Positions 53,479 through 64,000 of a stretch of DNA of 64,000 nucleotides are shown in pieces. The position numbers were made by a program, and so were the translations under genes. The stretch is taken from positions 704,001 to 768,000 of the forward strand of contig CBDBHR010000029.1 of NCBI GenBank assembly GCA_965205865.1. Direction: 5' to 3'. This stretch comes from a bacterium (GTDB taxonomy: Bacteria > SAR324 > NAC60-12). Positions within the stretch are counted from its first letter, which is position 1, and the number at the start of each line of letters is the position of its first letter. The notes under the pieces were generated by a model. The model had not been told where the DNA came from and ran no database searches. It saw only the letters and a list, made by a program, of their open reading frames with translations.

Positions 53479-53685
53479 ATGGCTAATCTGAGTACAAACG
53501 AAAAACAAGTGTTAGAAAATCTTTTTCAAATGGGAGGTGGTTATGTTCTCAATTTTTCAAATAGGACGATGTGGGAATTTTTCAAAAATGAACAAGTTGA
53601 TCAGAATTTTATCCCAGATGAACATACTGCGAGAATATGTTGGCAAGTATTAATGGCAGCGATTAGTCAATTGTCCAGCAGATAG
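53479..53685 (+). pseudogene. Short remnant resembling an abortive-infection-type N-terminal domain
   Basis: LFQMGGGYVLNFSNRT..EFF motif; appears internally deleted. Confidence 0.5.
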
Positions 53686-53689
53686 AAAT

Positions 53690-55325
53690 ATGCAGTATTC
53701 AATTGTAAATTACTCAAAACTCTCAGAACATCCGGAATTTAGAATTGATGCGGAGTGTTACAAGCCTTATCACCTTGAAGTAGAGCAGTCCATCGTAAAG
53801 AAAGGATTCGGGTTTATTCAAGACCACGCCACATCAGTGATAAATTTTGGCGCCTACTCTCTTTGTAATTAGTGCTTGGCAGAAAAATACTCAAATTGCT
53901 GATATTAAATGACATTTCTTCAATTTCATTGGATGAAGATTTGTTTGATACAGTGTTCAATTGGCCAAAATCAGCAAAAAATAGGATTTTTGATGAGTTT
54001 CCCCAAAATCTTCGTTTCATGAAAATAGGTTAATACCATTAAATATCATGTAGTTACCTAATTTTCTGCCAAGCACTAATTACATAGAATTTTTGGATTC
54101 CGGCAAACCATTTCTTGTAACAAAAGACATTAAGAATAATGTAATCGAGATTGACAATCTGCATTATATTTCTGACGATGTGCATTCATTACTGTACAAA
54201 TCGCACTGTGTTAAAGGTCAGGTCTTATTAACAATGGCTGGCGCATATTTGGGGCAAGCCGCAGTATTCAACGAAGATTTTGAATGTAGCTCCAATCAAG
54301 CAATCGCTAAAATACTACTTCACCCCAATTCGATTAATCCCTATTATTTGTCAACCTTCCTGAACTGCAGGCATGGACAATCCCAAATTGAGCGTTTTAG
54401 AACCGGCACGGGGCAACCAAACCTAAATCTCGGTTTGATCAAGCTCATAAGAATTACAGAAGCCAGTGACCAATTCCAGCAAAGAATTGATCGGGAAGTA
54501 AATGCCGCTTTAGACCTAAGACAAAAAAGCTCAAGTAATTACAACCAAGCTCAAACTATTCTCCTCTCCGAACTCGGGTTAGCCGACTGGCAACCCCGGC
54601 ATAGTCTTTGGTTTATCAAAAACTATTCCGACACCGAACAGGCCGAGCGCATTGACGCGGACTACTTTCAGCCGAAATATGAAGAAATCGTCAACGCCAT
54701 TAAAGGCTATTCTGGTGGTTGGAATGTACTGGGGAATCTGGTTACAATAAAAAAATGCGTAGAAGTCGGAAGTCAGGAATATCTTGATGGAGGCATTCCG
54801 TTTGTGCGAGTCAGTAATCTGAGCCCATTTGAAATCACCAAAGAGAAATACATCTCTGAAGAGCTATATACCGAAATCAAGAAACATCAACCAAGTAGAG
54901 GAGAAATACTTCTTAGCAAAGATGCAACCCCTGGAATTGCCTGTTTTTTGAATGAAAATCCAGAAAAAATGATACCGTCAGGCGGCATTCTCAGACTCAA
55001 AAACAAAACGGGTAAAATCAACAACGAATATTTAACCCTGGTGCTCAACTCGATACTGTCAAAAGAGCAAGTCAACCGTGATGTAGGTGGTTCAGTTATT
55101 CTGCATTGGCGACCCAATCAGGTAAAAGACTTGGTCGTTCCCATTCTACATGAAGAACCCCAAACCGAAATCCAGCAGAAAGTTATTGAATCCTTTAAGT
55201 TACGAAAGCAATCCAAACACCTGCTGGAATGCGCCAAACGAGCAGTGGAAATGGCAATAGAGCAAGATGAAAGCAAGGCTATGGAGTGGTTGGAAAATTC
55301 AATAAACGAACTGACGAAATGTTAG
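53690..55325 (+). pseudogene. hsdS: RM specificity (S) subunit interrupted by a MITE
   Basis: RIDAECY/RIDADYF duplicated structure; removing 53870-54080 gives in-frame AYSLCN|YIEFLDSG. Confidence 0.88.
53872..54076. mobile_element. ~205-bp MITE
   Basis: Perfect TIR GTGCTTGGCAGAAAA flanked by TAATTA; related partial inverted copy at 59350-59486. Confidence 0.88.
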
Positions 55326-55720
55326 TCGCTTTCAGACTCACTAATCTTCCTATAATTCTTCATAAGCGCCTTGCTAACCGGAGCATGACTCGGTATCTTT
55401 GACCGTCATGCGAACAGATGATTTTATTTTAAAAAAACGGGGTATTCCATCAATGGTACCGCCCATGCGCAGCAGACGCAATTGTGGGACACAAGAGGTT
55501 ATGGATTGGCCTGAAGCCCGAATTGATTCCACATCCTTGGACTGGTTATAATATGGATTGCAATCAATGCAATGGATCGACAAACACGAAAATTTTCTAG
55601 AGTCGCTGGTACGCTCGGTGAATGTAAAATTCCCTACTTGGCAAGAGTTGACCAACCGCCAGCATCGCCAACTTGTTAAACATGATATCGAGGCAGGGAT
55701 AAAGTGTGATGCATACAAAG

Positions 55721-57199
55721 CTGGACTTTAGACATATTTTGAGAATTATACTGCTTCCAGTAGCTGATAAATCAAGCACTTTATGTCGTCTTGAGAAAAT
55801 AACTTTTGTTCGGGTGATTTTTGCGAGTTGAAATATTTACAACCCCAGGTTTTTCGTCGTATAACAGCCATGAGGTCAGAAAAGGTAATTTCTGATTTTT
55901 TATACCATGAACTGCTTTTTGGCATCAGTTCCCCGTCACGATAAAATTGAAGAGCGGCACAGCAAATCAGTGAAAATAAGCCAAACAAAAGCGGAGTGGT
56001 TCGAGCGATGGCCAAGTCAGACCACTGCCTTTGGGTTTCCACTCCTAAATGGGCCCGTAGCTCTTCGAAAGTGACCTCTACATTCCAGCGCAGCATGTAT
56101 CGTTTGAGCAGATCAAGTGCGTCGATTTCAACATTGTTAGTAAAAAAAGCTTGAGGATTTTTCTTTCCATCAATTCGGACAAGGACCCATTTCACGGCGA
56201 TGGACAACTGCTTGGTTTTGTGCATCAAGGCCACCCCTGAAAGATAAGATATGGATTTTTCATCGTCCTGATACCAAGGGAGGAGCGCTGTTTGCCAAGC
56301 TTGGCATTCATCCTTGGCTAAAATTTTCAAAGCAGTCAGCAGGGCTCCCTTTTTTGCTTTGGGTCCTCTTTTACCTTGGATCGGCTCTGGTGGAAAGTCG
56401 TACAATCTGGCATCAATGCGCAAACGACAGATCATGGTAATATGGAGACGACAACATTCTTTTAAGAGATCGAAACAGGCAAAACCACCATCGGCCAAGA
56501 AAATGAGACGACGAGTGGGTTGCCAGCGGCGGAGTTGCTTAAGCGCTTGAATGCTCCAATCAATAGAAGTCTTATGTCTTTTGCCCCTATCCTCATTGGC
56601 TTTCTTTGAGGGTTGGAGAATCGTCCGGAATGGTAAGGCCCATTGCCGGGAACTCCAGGGAACCGGAACAATCAGCATCAAACAAAGCCATTCTAACCCC
56701 AGACAGGTGACTACCTGTTTGCCTTTTGATCGAAGCGCGTCACGATACCAGCCCTTGGCTTTGATTTTTTTGCCTTGGCGACGTTCTAAGGTTTCGTCAG
56801 CACCAATCACAAGGGCGGCATTAGCTGGCACAAACAAAACAATGAGCAGTCCTAATAAAATTCTGGCGGCGGCTAATCCGGACTAACGAGCCCGACGAAG
56901 GACATTGTGATAATTACAAAAATCAGGGATATTTCCCAGACCAACGGCTCTCAAACAAGAAGCAACCGTGCGACGTCCCTGGCAAAGAATCGCTCCCGTG
57001 ACCAGGGTTTGAGCCCATCCCCAAACCGATGGAGAAAAAAGCTGTCTACTCTTTGTGAATGATTATAAAAAGATTATAAATTCATTGGGAAGAGACAACA
57101 TGGCAAACTCCTGTATGCATGGTTGTTTTGGAAACTCCACCATACAGAATGTTTGTCTGAATCTCTTCCTGAAAATTTACTCAAATGTCCAAAGTCCAG
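55721..57199 (-). mobile_element. IS701-like DDE element with stops in the transposase 5' region (main ORF 55746-56837)
   Basis: TIR CTGGACTTT(A/G)GACAT; DETLERR, LADGGF, RWNVEVTFEELRAHLGVETQRQWS. Confidence 0.85.
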
Positions 57200-57298
57200 G
57201 TATGGAGGGACAGGTTTTTTTGCATCAATTGAGGAATCTTAATACAATATGCAACCTCAACCCTTTTTTTCAACGACACTGCATAATGGATTCCGCGG

Positions 57299-58177
57299 AT
57301 GCTGCTCAAGAATTTCTGTGATCAAGCTGGTCAGATTTGGGTATGCGATAAAAACACTGGAAAGATCGTTCCAAGAAATCCGAAAACTGTGTTCTCAGTG
57401 AGACACCTTTACACGAGTTACGATATTGGTCCAGTGCCAAAGAGCGAAAAATACGAAAAATTTCGCAGCGTGATCAAGCGCGACAGCAAATACGAAAACA
57501 CCCTCAATAGGATTGAAAGCAAGGCTGCACCTGTTGTCCAACGGCTCATTGAGCAAGCCCGGTGCGACAGATTCCCCCAACTTACGCCAGAAGACCGCGA
57601 CGCTGTGAAACGGTTCATCCTGGCTTTAGGGCGGCGGACTCCCGAATCTCAAAAGCGCGTGTCGTCCGGTAAGAATATCGATGATATTTTCTACGAAGCG
57701 GCTAAGGATATCGCCAGAAAGGACAACTACAAGGGTCTGCCCGACAGAGAATTGATTTATCAAGACCCTCGTATTTCAACATTGAAGGATCTCACCGGAT
57801 CAAATGTCAATGCAAGATTTGCTGCTGGCGATCATCCCCGCGAGCAAAGTAATGCAGAGCGATTCTGCCGTGAGACGGGTTTGATGGTTGCGGTAATTCG
57901 TATTCCGAAGAGAAGTTTTGTCATTGGAAGCCACGGCGTAACCATCGTTCAATTCCCAAATAAGGTTGCGCCAGAAAGCTGGATTCCTATCGCCTACGAT
58001 GTTGCGGTGGTTCCCACATCCTTTCCTGACAGGGAATTCTTGTTTCCACTCGGCGGTGATAAGGATCAACTCATCAAGAGAGTCAACATGGCCTCCTTCC
58101 AACAAAGTCGGCGGGTGGCAGGGTGTTCCGAAGACCTTCTGAAATCACTGAGTAAAACTGATCCGGTGACCTTTTGA
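57299..58177 (+). CDS. DUF4238-like protein (N-terminus possibly damaged)
   Basis: In-frame upstream WIPR before MLLKNF, preceded by a TAA; RHLY, ENTLNRIES, RRTP. Confidence 0.65.
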   Translation: MLLKNFCDQAGQIWVCDKNTGKIVPRNPKTVFSVRHLYTSYDIGPVPKSEKYEKFRSVIKRDSKYENTLNRIESKAAPVVQRLIEQARCDRFPQLTPEDRDAVKRFILALGRRTPESQKRVSSGKNIDDIFYEAAKDIARKDNYKGLPDRELIYQDPRISTLKDLTGSNVNARFAAGDHPREQSNAERFCRETGLMVAVIRIPKRSFVIGSHGVTIVQFPNKVAPESWIPIAYDVAVVPTSFPDREFLFPLGGDKDQLIKRVNMASFQQSRRVAGCSEDLLKSLSKTDPVTF

Positions 58178-58307
58178 TCATTTGCAATTTCTTTATTTAT
58201 AACATTCCCTCTTCAAAAACGATTGCGATCAAAAATGGGTTCCGAGCCTTCAACCCGATACCCTTACCCTCAAGTATTGTTTTCTTCAATACCAGTTATT
58301 CGGGTTG

Positions 58308-58769
58308 TTAAATTTCTATGGTCAATTCCCCGCCATATGGGCTGACAATGGACTCCTTTGAAGAATGAGTCCTATATTGAAAATTTGTTCTCCACAAAAA
58401 ATCCATGCCTATGAGCATATCAAAATTTTGACTCATGCCTGGTAATCCTAAGACGTATTGCCAAGATATATGTTTCCTTGGGATACAGAAGATTATCGAA
58501 TACAAGTAGCACTCAATTTCATGGCTCCCTGTGTGGACATTCTGCCACCCCATAGGGCGTAGTCCCAGTTTCTTGGCTAAAACCTCAGTAATTGCAGTTT
58601 TTATAGAACCAGTGTCGATAATGGTTTTAGCTGGTAATGACAAGATATTGTCCGGGGGGAGCTTGTGAATATAAGAAGCCATTGTCTTAAAAGTTATTCC
58701 CCTGGGATTGATAACTGTGACTTCTGTAATAAATTGACCGTTTTTTAGGGGGACTTTAAGACAGGACAT
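58308..58769 (-). CDS. Retropepsin-like (clan AA) aspartyl protease
   Basis: IIDTGS, MLIGMDFL. Confidence 0.8.
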   Translation of the reverse strand: MSCLKVPLKNGQFITEVTVINPRGITFKTMASYIHKLPPDNILSLPAKTIIDTGSIKTAITEVLAKKLGLRPMGWQNVHTGSHEIECYLYSIIFCIPRKHISWQYVLGLPGMSQNFDMLIGMDFLWRTNFQYRTHSSKESIVSPYGGELTIEI

Positions 58770-59016
58770 ATTCCATTATTCCCAATCTTACGGGTTCATT
58801 GGTGATTTCTTGAATAGAAAACATGTCATCCGGATATTCCTCCTGCCCAAAGAAGAAGGCATCCTTGGCATCAGGGAAAAACTGAATAATTTTTTGATGC
58901 CGTAGTAGTGCAAACTCACCTTTGTGTTCTTTTATAAATTCGGGTAATTGCGTTTTGAAAAAATCATAATTTTGATCAACTTCTTTTTGAATTCTCTCTT
59001 TGTCGGACTTGTTCAT
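58756..59016 (-). CDS. Small DUF5678-like protein upstream of the protease
   Basis: FF..LPE....GEFALL....II..F....A...G pattern; overlaps the protease start. Confidence 0.65.
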   Translation of the reverse strand: MNKSDKERIQKEVDQNYDFFKTQLPEFIKEHKGEFALLRHQKIIQFFPDAKDAFFFGQEEYPDDMFSIQEITNEPVRLGIMEYVLS

Positions 59017-59147
59017 ATCGCATCCTTAGATTTATCCATACTTTCAAAGTTTTTCGTGTCAGGATTAAAAAAATACTGAGTTAAGAATCACCGTATGCTT
59101 TCAAATATCACAATTCCAGTCCTTATGTTTGATTATATCAAAAGATG

Positions 59148-59486
59148 TATTAGAATACGTGTTGTAATAACATTTTCATCAATACGTTGGATTATCAGGT
59201 GAATACAAAAAGCCCACACCAGGCTGGTCGAATAATCGGGACAACACCCCATTGATGTGGATGCTGTCGCAATTGCCCGTTTTACCGACAAGGACGTCTT
59301 CCAAGAATATCTGTATATTTGGTGGCAATTAAGCAACGCTCGGATTTAGATTTTGGGGAAACTCATCAAAAATCCCATTTTTTGCTGATTTTGGCCATCT
59401 GAACACTGCATCAAACCAATCTTCATCCTGTGAAATTGAAGAATTATCATTTAATATCAGCAATTTGAGTATTTTTCAGCAGACAC
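59148..59486. repeat. Composite of the 22886-23092 repeat and part of the 53872 MITE family
   Basis: 59148-59355 is a direct copy of 22886-23092; 59350-59486 shows inverted similarity to 53872-54010. Confidence 0.75.
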
Positions 59487-59492
59487 TAGTTA

Positions 59493-62018
59493 CTATTTTT
59501 CATCGCCCCAAACCCGCCCAATGGTGGCCTGAATCTTCGTCTCGAATTGCTCCACCAAGTCCCGGCAGTTAGCGACGAGGGCTTGCTCCGCTTCGATCTC
59601 GGTGACGAGGGTTTGCTGGGTAGCCAGGGGTGGAAGAGGAATTTTGTGATTTTCTATCACGGATCTCGGAACCCGTTGCAGTCCACCTGTTCCAGTCATT
59701 TGCGGCTTGGCCCACACACGGAAAATTGGTGTTGCTGTGTACAGGTATATCCATTGAGAAATTACTGATTTAGTTGGTCTCAAAACATAAAACTCACTGG
59801 AACCGAACCCGACCCCGCTATTCAAATTCTTCGCTATACCAGCCTTGCCGTTTTCAAAGCACGGCGTTACCTTTGCGATAAGGACGTCATTGTCCTTGAA
59901 GTAAGTATAACTTGAACTGACATCTTGCAGATATTTGTAATCTCTGGCTTCAAAGTACATATCATTTTCGCCTATATCGGACATCGGTACGAATGAAACG
60001 ATTGTTGCTCCATTCAATGCGGTCAACTCAGATTTTCGAGGATTCACAATACAGGCTTCCCCCAACGTCACCATGGGCCAGTCGGGGTCGATGGGGACGT
60101 GGGGGCGGTAGTTGTCGACGACCGCTCTCGCGCCGTCGATGACTTTCTGGTAGCCTTCGATTTCTGCGACAATCTCCCGCTGCGCCTGAAGCGTCGGCAG
60201 GGGGATTTGAAACTCATTTAGAGATTTTATATTGATTCCGGCCTGCCCGATCCACTTGTTCGCTCGCTCAAGAAACTCTCCTTTGTGCCAAGCACTGTGA
60301 AGAATATATGCAAGGAAAGCTGATTCACAACGCTCATTCACAACACGAATTCTAGTCATGTGATTCGAGTATCCACCATTGATATGCTCTACGATGAGAC
60401 AAGTCTTACCAACCAACTCCTTACTATTCGTGTTATTGAAGAGAACATCTCCAGGCAATAGTGAGTAGTCTTCTTTACCGACAAAATCTTCCTTAGTAAT
60501 GCGCTTCAAGCCTTTCCATGTAAATTTACCGTTCTCAGTTATATTCATTGGGCGTATATGAGGAAATCCCTCAGTTCCCATACTCCTTTTTCCGCAAGCA
60601 AAGCCTGCCTTGATATCTTTGGCTATCTTCCTTAATTCAACTGTCGGCCATATTGTTTTTGTACGAATCCTACTCTCCCGATACCGTTCCCCGCTCAGAT
60701 TATAATCACCATTTACGGCAATCTTCTCCTTCTCCACGACCAGCCCCAGCGCGGGTTGGAAGTCATTCAGGGATTCACCCATGGCCAGACGGCGCAGGTA
60801 GGCGGTGATTTCCTGGCGCGCTTGTGGCAAGTCATTCTCCGCAAGCGGTCGGCGTTGAGCGCCCAGGTCGAAGCCGTCGTTTTCGACTTTGAAGAAGCCG
60901 ACGTGGTTCGTCCTTTTCGCCAGCGACCGGTCCAGAATGAGGATGGAGGTCTTGACGCCGGAGTAAGGCTGGAAGACGCCTGCCGGTAATGAGACCACGG
61001 CGACGAGATATTCCTCGAGCAGCATGCGGCGCAGTTGTTTGTAGGCGCTCTGGCTTTGAAAGATGATGCCTTCGGGGACGATGATACCGGCGCGACCGGA
61101 AGTCGTCAGGTGCTCGGCCATGTAGTCCACGAAGAGCACTTCGCTGCGTTTGGATTTCACCGAAAAGCGGTTGTGGGGGCGGATACCTCCCTTGGGAGAC
61201 ATAAAAGGCGGATTGGCCAGGATCACGTCGGCGTATTCGTGCCAGCGCTCCTCGCTGGTGAGGGTGTCGTATTCGAAGATGTGCGGGTCGACAAAGTCGT
61301 GCAGGTACATGTTGACCAGCGAAAGACGTACCATGTCGGGCGAGATGTCGTAGCCTTTGACGTTGGCTGCCAGTCTTGCTTTTTCGTCGGGCGTGAGCTT
61401 ACTGTTTCCATGGTCATCGGTGTTGTTGGCAAGAACGTGCTTGTAGGAGGAGATGAGGAATCCGGCGGTGCCGCAAGCCGGGTCGAGCAACGTTTCGTCC
61501 TTCTTGGGATCGATGACGGCGACGATGAAGTCGATGATATGGCGTGGGGTGCGGAACTGACCCGCGTCGCCCTGGGAACCGAGGACGGAGAGCAGGTACT
61601 CGAAAGCGTCTCCCAGACGTTCCGAGTGATCGTAGCTGAACTCGTCGATGATTTCGAGGAAGGCCCTCAGCGTCTGCGGGTCACGATAGGGCAAGTAGGC
61701 GTTCTTGAAGACGTCGCGGAAGAGCGGGGGGATACCCGGATTCTGCGGCATCCCGTCAATGGCCTCGGCATAGAGATTGAGGATTTCGTGACCACCCAGC
61801 CCGTGGTGGATCAGCCTGGCCCAGCCGTAGCGGGCGAAGTCGCCGGCAAAGAACTTGCGCTTACCGCCCCACTCCTCACTCTGGGCGTCGATGTCATCCA
61901 TGAATTTATAGATGAGGGCGATAGTGATCTGCTCGACCTGGCTCTTGGGATCGGGAACTTTGCCCACCAGGATGTCGCGGGCAGTGTCGATGCGGCGTTT
62001 GGTGTCGGTGTCCAGCAT
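59493..62018 (-). CDS. Type I RM methyltransferase-specificity (HsdM-HsdS) fusion
   Basis: GQFRTPRHI, DPACGTAGF, NPPF, two TRDs ending IPLPTL..Q and IPLPPL..Q. Confidence 0.92.
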   Translation of the reverse strand: MLDTDTKRRIDTARDILVGKVPDPKSQVEQITIALIYKFMDDIDAQSEEWGGKRKFFAGDFARYGWARLIHHGLGGHEILNLYAEAIDGMPQNPGIPPLFRDVFKNAYLPYRDPQTLRAFLEIIDEFSYDHSERLGDAFEYLLSVLGSQGDAGQFRTPRHIIDFIVAVIDPKKDETLLDPACGTAGFLISSYKHVLANNTDDHGNSKLTPDEKARLAANVKGYDISPDMVRLSLVNMYLHDFVDPHIFEYDTLTSEERWHEYADVILANPPFMSPKGGIRPHNRFSVKSKRSEVLFVDYMAEHLTTSGRAGIIVPEGIIFQSQSAYKQLRRMLLEEYLVAVVSLPAGVFQPYSGVKTSILILDRSLAKRTNHVGFFKVENDGFDLGAQRRPLAENDLPQARQEITAYLRRLAMGESLNDFQPALGLVVEKEKIAVNGDYNLSGERYRESRIRTKTIWPTVELRKIAKDIKAGFACGKRSMGTEGFPHIRPMNITENGKFTWKGLKRITKEDFVGKEDYSLLPGDVLFNNTNSKELVGKTCLIVEHINGGYSNHMTRIRVVNERCESAFLAYILHSAWHKGEFLERANKWIGQAGINIKSLNEFQIPLPTLQAQREIVAEIEGYQKVIDGARAVVDNYRPHVPIDPDWPMVTLGEACIVNPRKSELTALNGATIVSFVPMSDIGENDMYFEARDYKYLQDVSSSYTYFKDNDVLIAKVTPCFENGKAGIAKNLNSGVGFGSSEFYVLRPTKSVISQWIYLYTATPIFRVWAKPQMTGTGGLQRVPRSVIENHKIPLPPLATQQTLVTEIEAEQALVANCRDLVEQFETKIQATIGRVWGDEK

Positions 62019-62237
62019 AATGCTTTTTTTTCTTCTTCAACAAAACAAGAAAGTGACCGCGTAACTTCCATCGCGGCGCAAAGCGCAATATACCGCTGTC
62101 GCAATGATGTGGCAATCCACTTTATCGCGTCCGGCGCAAAAAAGACGCATACTCCCGAATCTCCCGCATAATCCTCTGTACAGAGGAAAGGGGATGTACT
62201 AATCTGGTCGTATTCTTTCTCTCAAAAGGACACCGGT

Positions 62238-64000
62238 ATGAAACGGCTGCTCGATCGACTCGATCTGTATTTCGAGAAAACCCCGGACCGCATCAGACAA
62301 CATCGCCTCCTGGTGGTGACGCTCCTTCTGCTTGCCGTCGTTCTACCGGCTCTCAGCATTCCCCGCATTTCCATCGATATGACCCTGGAGTCCTACCTGA
62401 AAAAAGATGATCCGATCAAGGTCGTTTATGACCGGTTCCGGGAAACCTTCAGCAGTGATGAGGTCGTCTATATTGTTTATGAAGCCAAGAACGGGGATGT
62501 TTTATCCGCAAGTTCCTTGAATGCCTTGTATGCCTTGCACCAGGAATTGGAAGAAAGCAGCGGCGGTTTTACAGAGGAAGAAAGCTCGCCCCTCGATCAT
62601 TTAACAGACGTCAGCAGCCTGATCAACGTCAGTTACCTGGAAGTGCAGGGGGACACCCTGTATTCCCGGGACTTTGTCGGCTCCGATCTTCCAAAAACGG
62701 CAATGCAACGGGAGCAACTACGAAGGCAGGCATTGGCGCACCCGGACTATCCCCAATTCTATATTTCGCAAGATTCCCGCTTTGGAGGGATTCTGATTCG
62801 AACAGACTTCGGCGTTATTCCCCTGGAAGACGAGGAAGAATTCGAGACCATCGAGTCCGACGTCCTCAGTGCTGAAAATGAAGGTTTCCCGGAGGATCCC
62901 ACGGAATTCAAGGCAACCTCCATGGAGGAATATGCGGACTTCAACCGGGCCATCGAGCAAATCCTGCAAAAACCGCAATACCAGGAGGCATTCCATTTCT
63001 ATGCGGTGGGCAACCCGCCATTGATGGGATTCGTAAACGACGTTATCTTGAAAGAGCTCAACTGGGTTTTTCTTGGCACGATCTCCCTGATCATGCTCAC
63101 TCTTTGGTTTTTATTCCGTTCATTCAGCGCAGTGGTTTGGCCTTTGCTGGTTGTCGTTTTGTCGGTTGTGATGACATGCGGGTTGATCGGCTGGCTTGGA
63201 CTGACCATGACGCTGATGATCAACGTATTGATATTACTTTTGATCGTGGTGGGCATTGCGGACGTGATTCACATTCTATCGGGTTATCTTTTTTTCCGTC
63301 GACAAGGTCTCGAGCATGCGGCAGCCTTGCGTGCCGTTTACAGGAAATCCGGATTGGCCTGTCTGCTGACCAGCGTGACGACCTCGATGGGCTTGCTCTC
63401 GCTGGTCTTCGTGCCGATCGTGCCCATCCGGGATTTTGGCTTATCGGCGGCAATTGGTGTCATGCTGGCCTTTTTCCTCACCATCTTCATGCTGCCATTG
63501 ATGCTGGACCTTTGGTCTCCCGTTTCTCGAAAACGCGCGGCGAAAATGGCCCGTGAAGCAGGCAGGCAACCACTCGTGCAGAAATTTCTCGATCAATTGG
63601 AAACACTGGCACTGAAATCCCCCTGGACCGTCGTACTGATTTTCTTGACAATTGCAGTGGTGAGTTTATATGGTCTCACGCAAGTGAAGATCGAGACCAA
63701 TCTCGTTTCGATCTTCAAGGAAGGTTTGCCCATTCGGCAAGCATATCAAGTGGTGGATCGCTATATGGGCGGGGCCAACAATATGGAAATCTACATCGAT
63801 CTGGAGCAAGCGGATGCCCTCAGGGATCCGCAAGTGCTGAAAGCCATGGAACACGTCCAACACACCCTGGAAACCGAACATAGTCCTCCGGTAGTGCAAA
63901 CCGCGTCTCTGGTCGACGTGGTGAAAAGCACGTTCAAGGCATTGAATGAAGATCGAGAGGAAATGTTCGTCATTCCCGAAAATGAAGGAATGCTGCAACA
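62238..64000 (+). CDS. MMPL/RND-family exporter, runs off the window end
   Basis: ATG after AAAGGA; manual reading gives TM clusters with LFRSFSAVVWP, VGIADVIH, LTSVTT; no stop seen before the window end. Confidence 0.85.
   Translation, partial: MKRLLDRLDLYFEKTPDRIRQHRLLVVTLLLLAVVLPALSIPRISIDMTLESYLKKDDPIKVVYDRFRETFSSDEVVYIVYEAKNGDVLSASSLNALYALHQELEESSGGFTEEESSPLDHLTDVSSLINVSYLEVQGDTLYSRDFVGSDLPKTAMQREQLRRQALAHPDYPQFYISQDSRFGGILIRTDFGVIPLEDEEEFETIESDVLSAENEGFPEDPTEFKATSMEEYADFNRAIEQILQKPQYQEAFHFYAVGNPPLMGFVNDVILKELNWVFLGTISLIMLTLWFLFRSFSAVVWPLLVVVLSVVMTCGLIGWLGLTMTLMINVLILLLIVVGIADVIHILSGYLFFRRQGLEHAAALRAVYRKSGLACLLTSVTTSMGLLSLVFVPIVPIRDFGLSAAIGVMLAFFLTIFMLPLMLDLWSPVSRKRAAKMAREAGRQPLVQKFLDQLETLALKSPWTVVLIFLTIAVVSLYGLTQVKIETNLVSIFKEGLPIRQAYQVVDRYMGGANNMEIYIDLEQADALRDPQVLKAMEHVQHTLETEHSPPVVQTASLVDVVKSTFKALNEDREEMFVIPENEGMLQ

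Noticed and set aside
61035-62171. 378-aa plus-strand ORF (and similar antisense ORFs at 250-702, 39675-40241, 51545-53113, 62718-63998)
   Set aside because: Shadow frames of well-supported genes; no recognisable motifs

Overview
Bacterial chromosomal window, possibly from a SAR324/deltaproteobacterium-like genome; taxonomy cannot be established from sequence alone. Positions ~1.6-10.5 kb are an ordinary housekeeping block: thrC, a lipid A acyltransferase, larB, a hydrolase, type IV pilus genes and a phosphotransferase. The window ends in an MMPL/RND exporter gene. Between them (~10.5-62 kb) is a heavily rearranged plasticity/defence zone. Its main structure is five near-identical, co-oriented 1048-bp elements, each encoding an HUH Y1 (RAYT/TnpA-REP-like) transposase with a C-terminal HTH and bounded by 21-bp inverted repeats (GGGGTCAGGCTTGAAAGTTTG). 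No target duplications are seen, and the ends repeatedly abut truncated genes. A class E-like group II intron has inserted four times at exactly the same position in that repeat: one full copy with its RT, two ORF-less copies sharing one deletion, and one partial copy invaded by a second, class F-like intron. Cargo includes a DUF262/GmrSD-like protein, a twice-interrupted NERD-helicase, two restriction-modification modules (one with a MITE-disrupted specificity subunit), a split KAP NTPase carrying a ClpP-like gene and a small repeat peptide, DUF4238, an aspartyl protease pair, and many IS (IS1380, IS5, IS66, IS630, IS1, IS701-like) and MITEs. Family calls come from motif recognition only; no searches were run.
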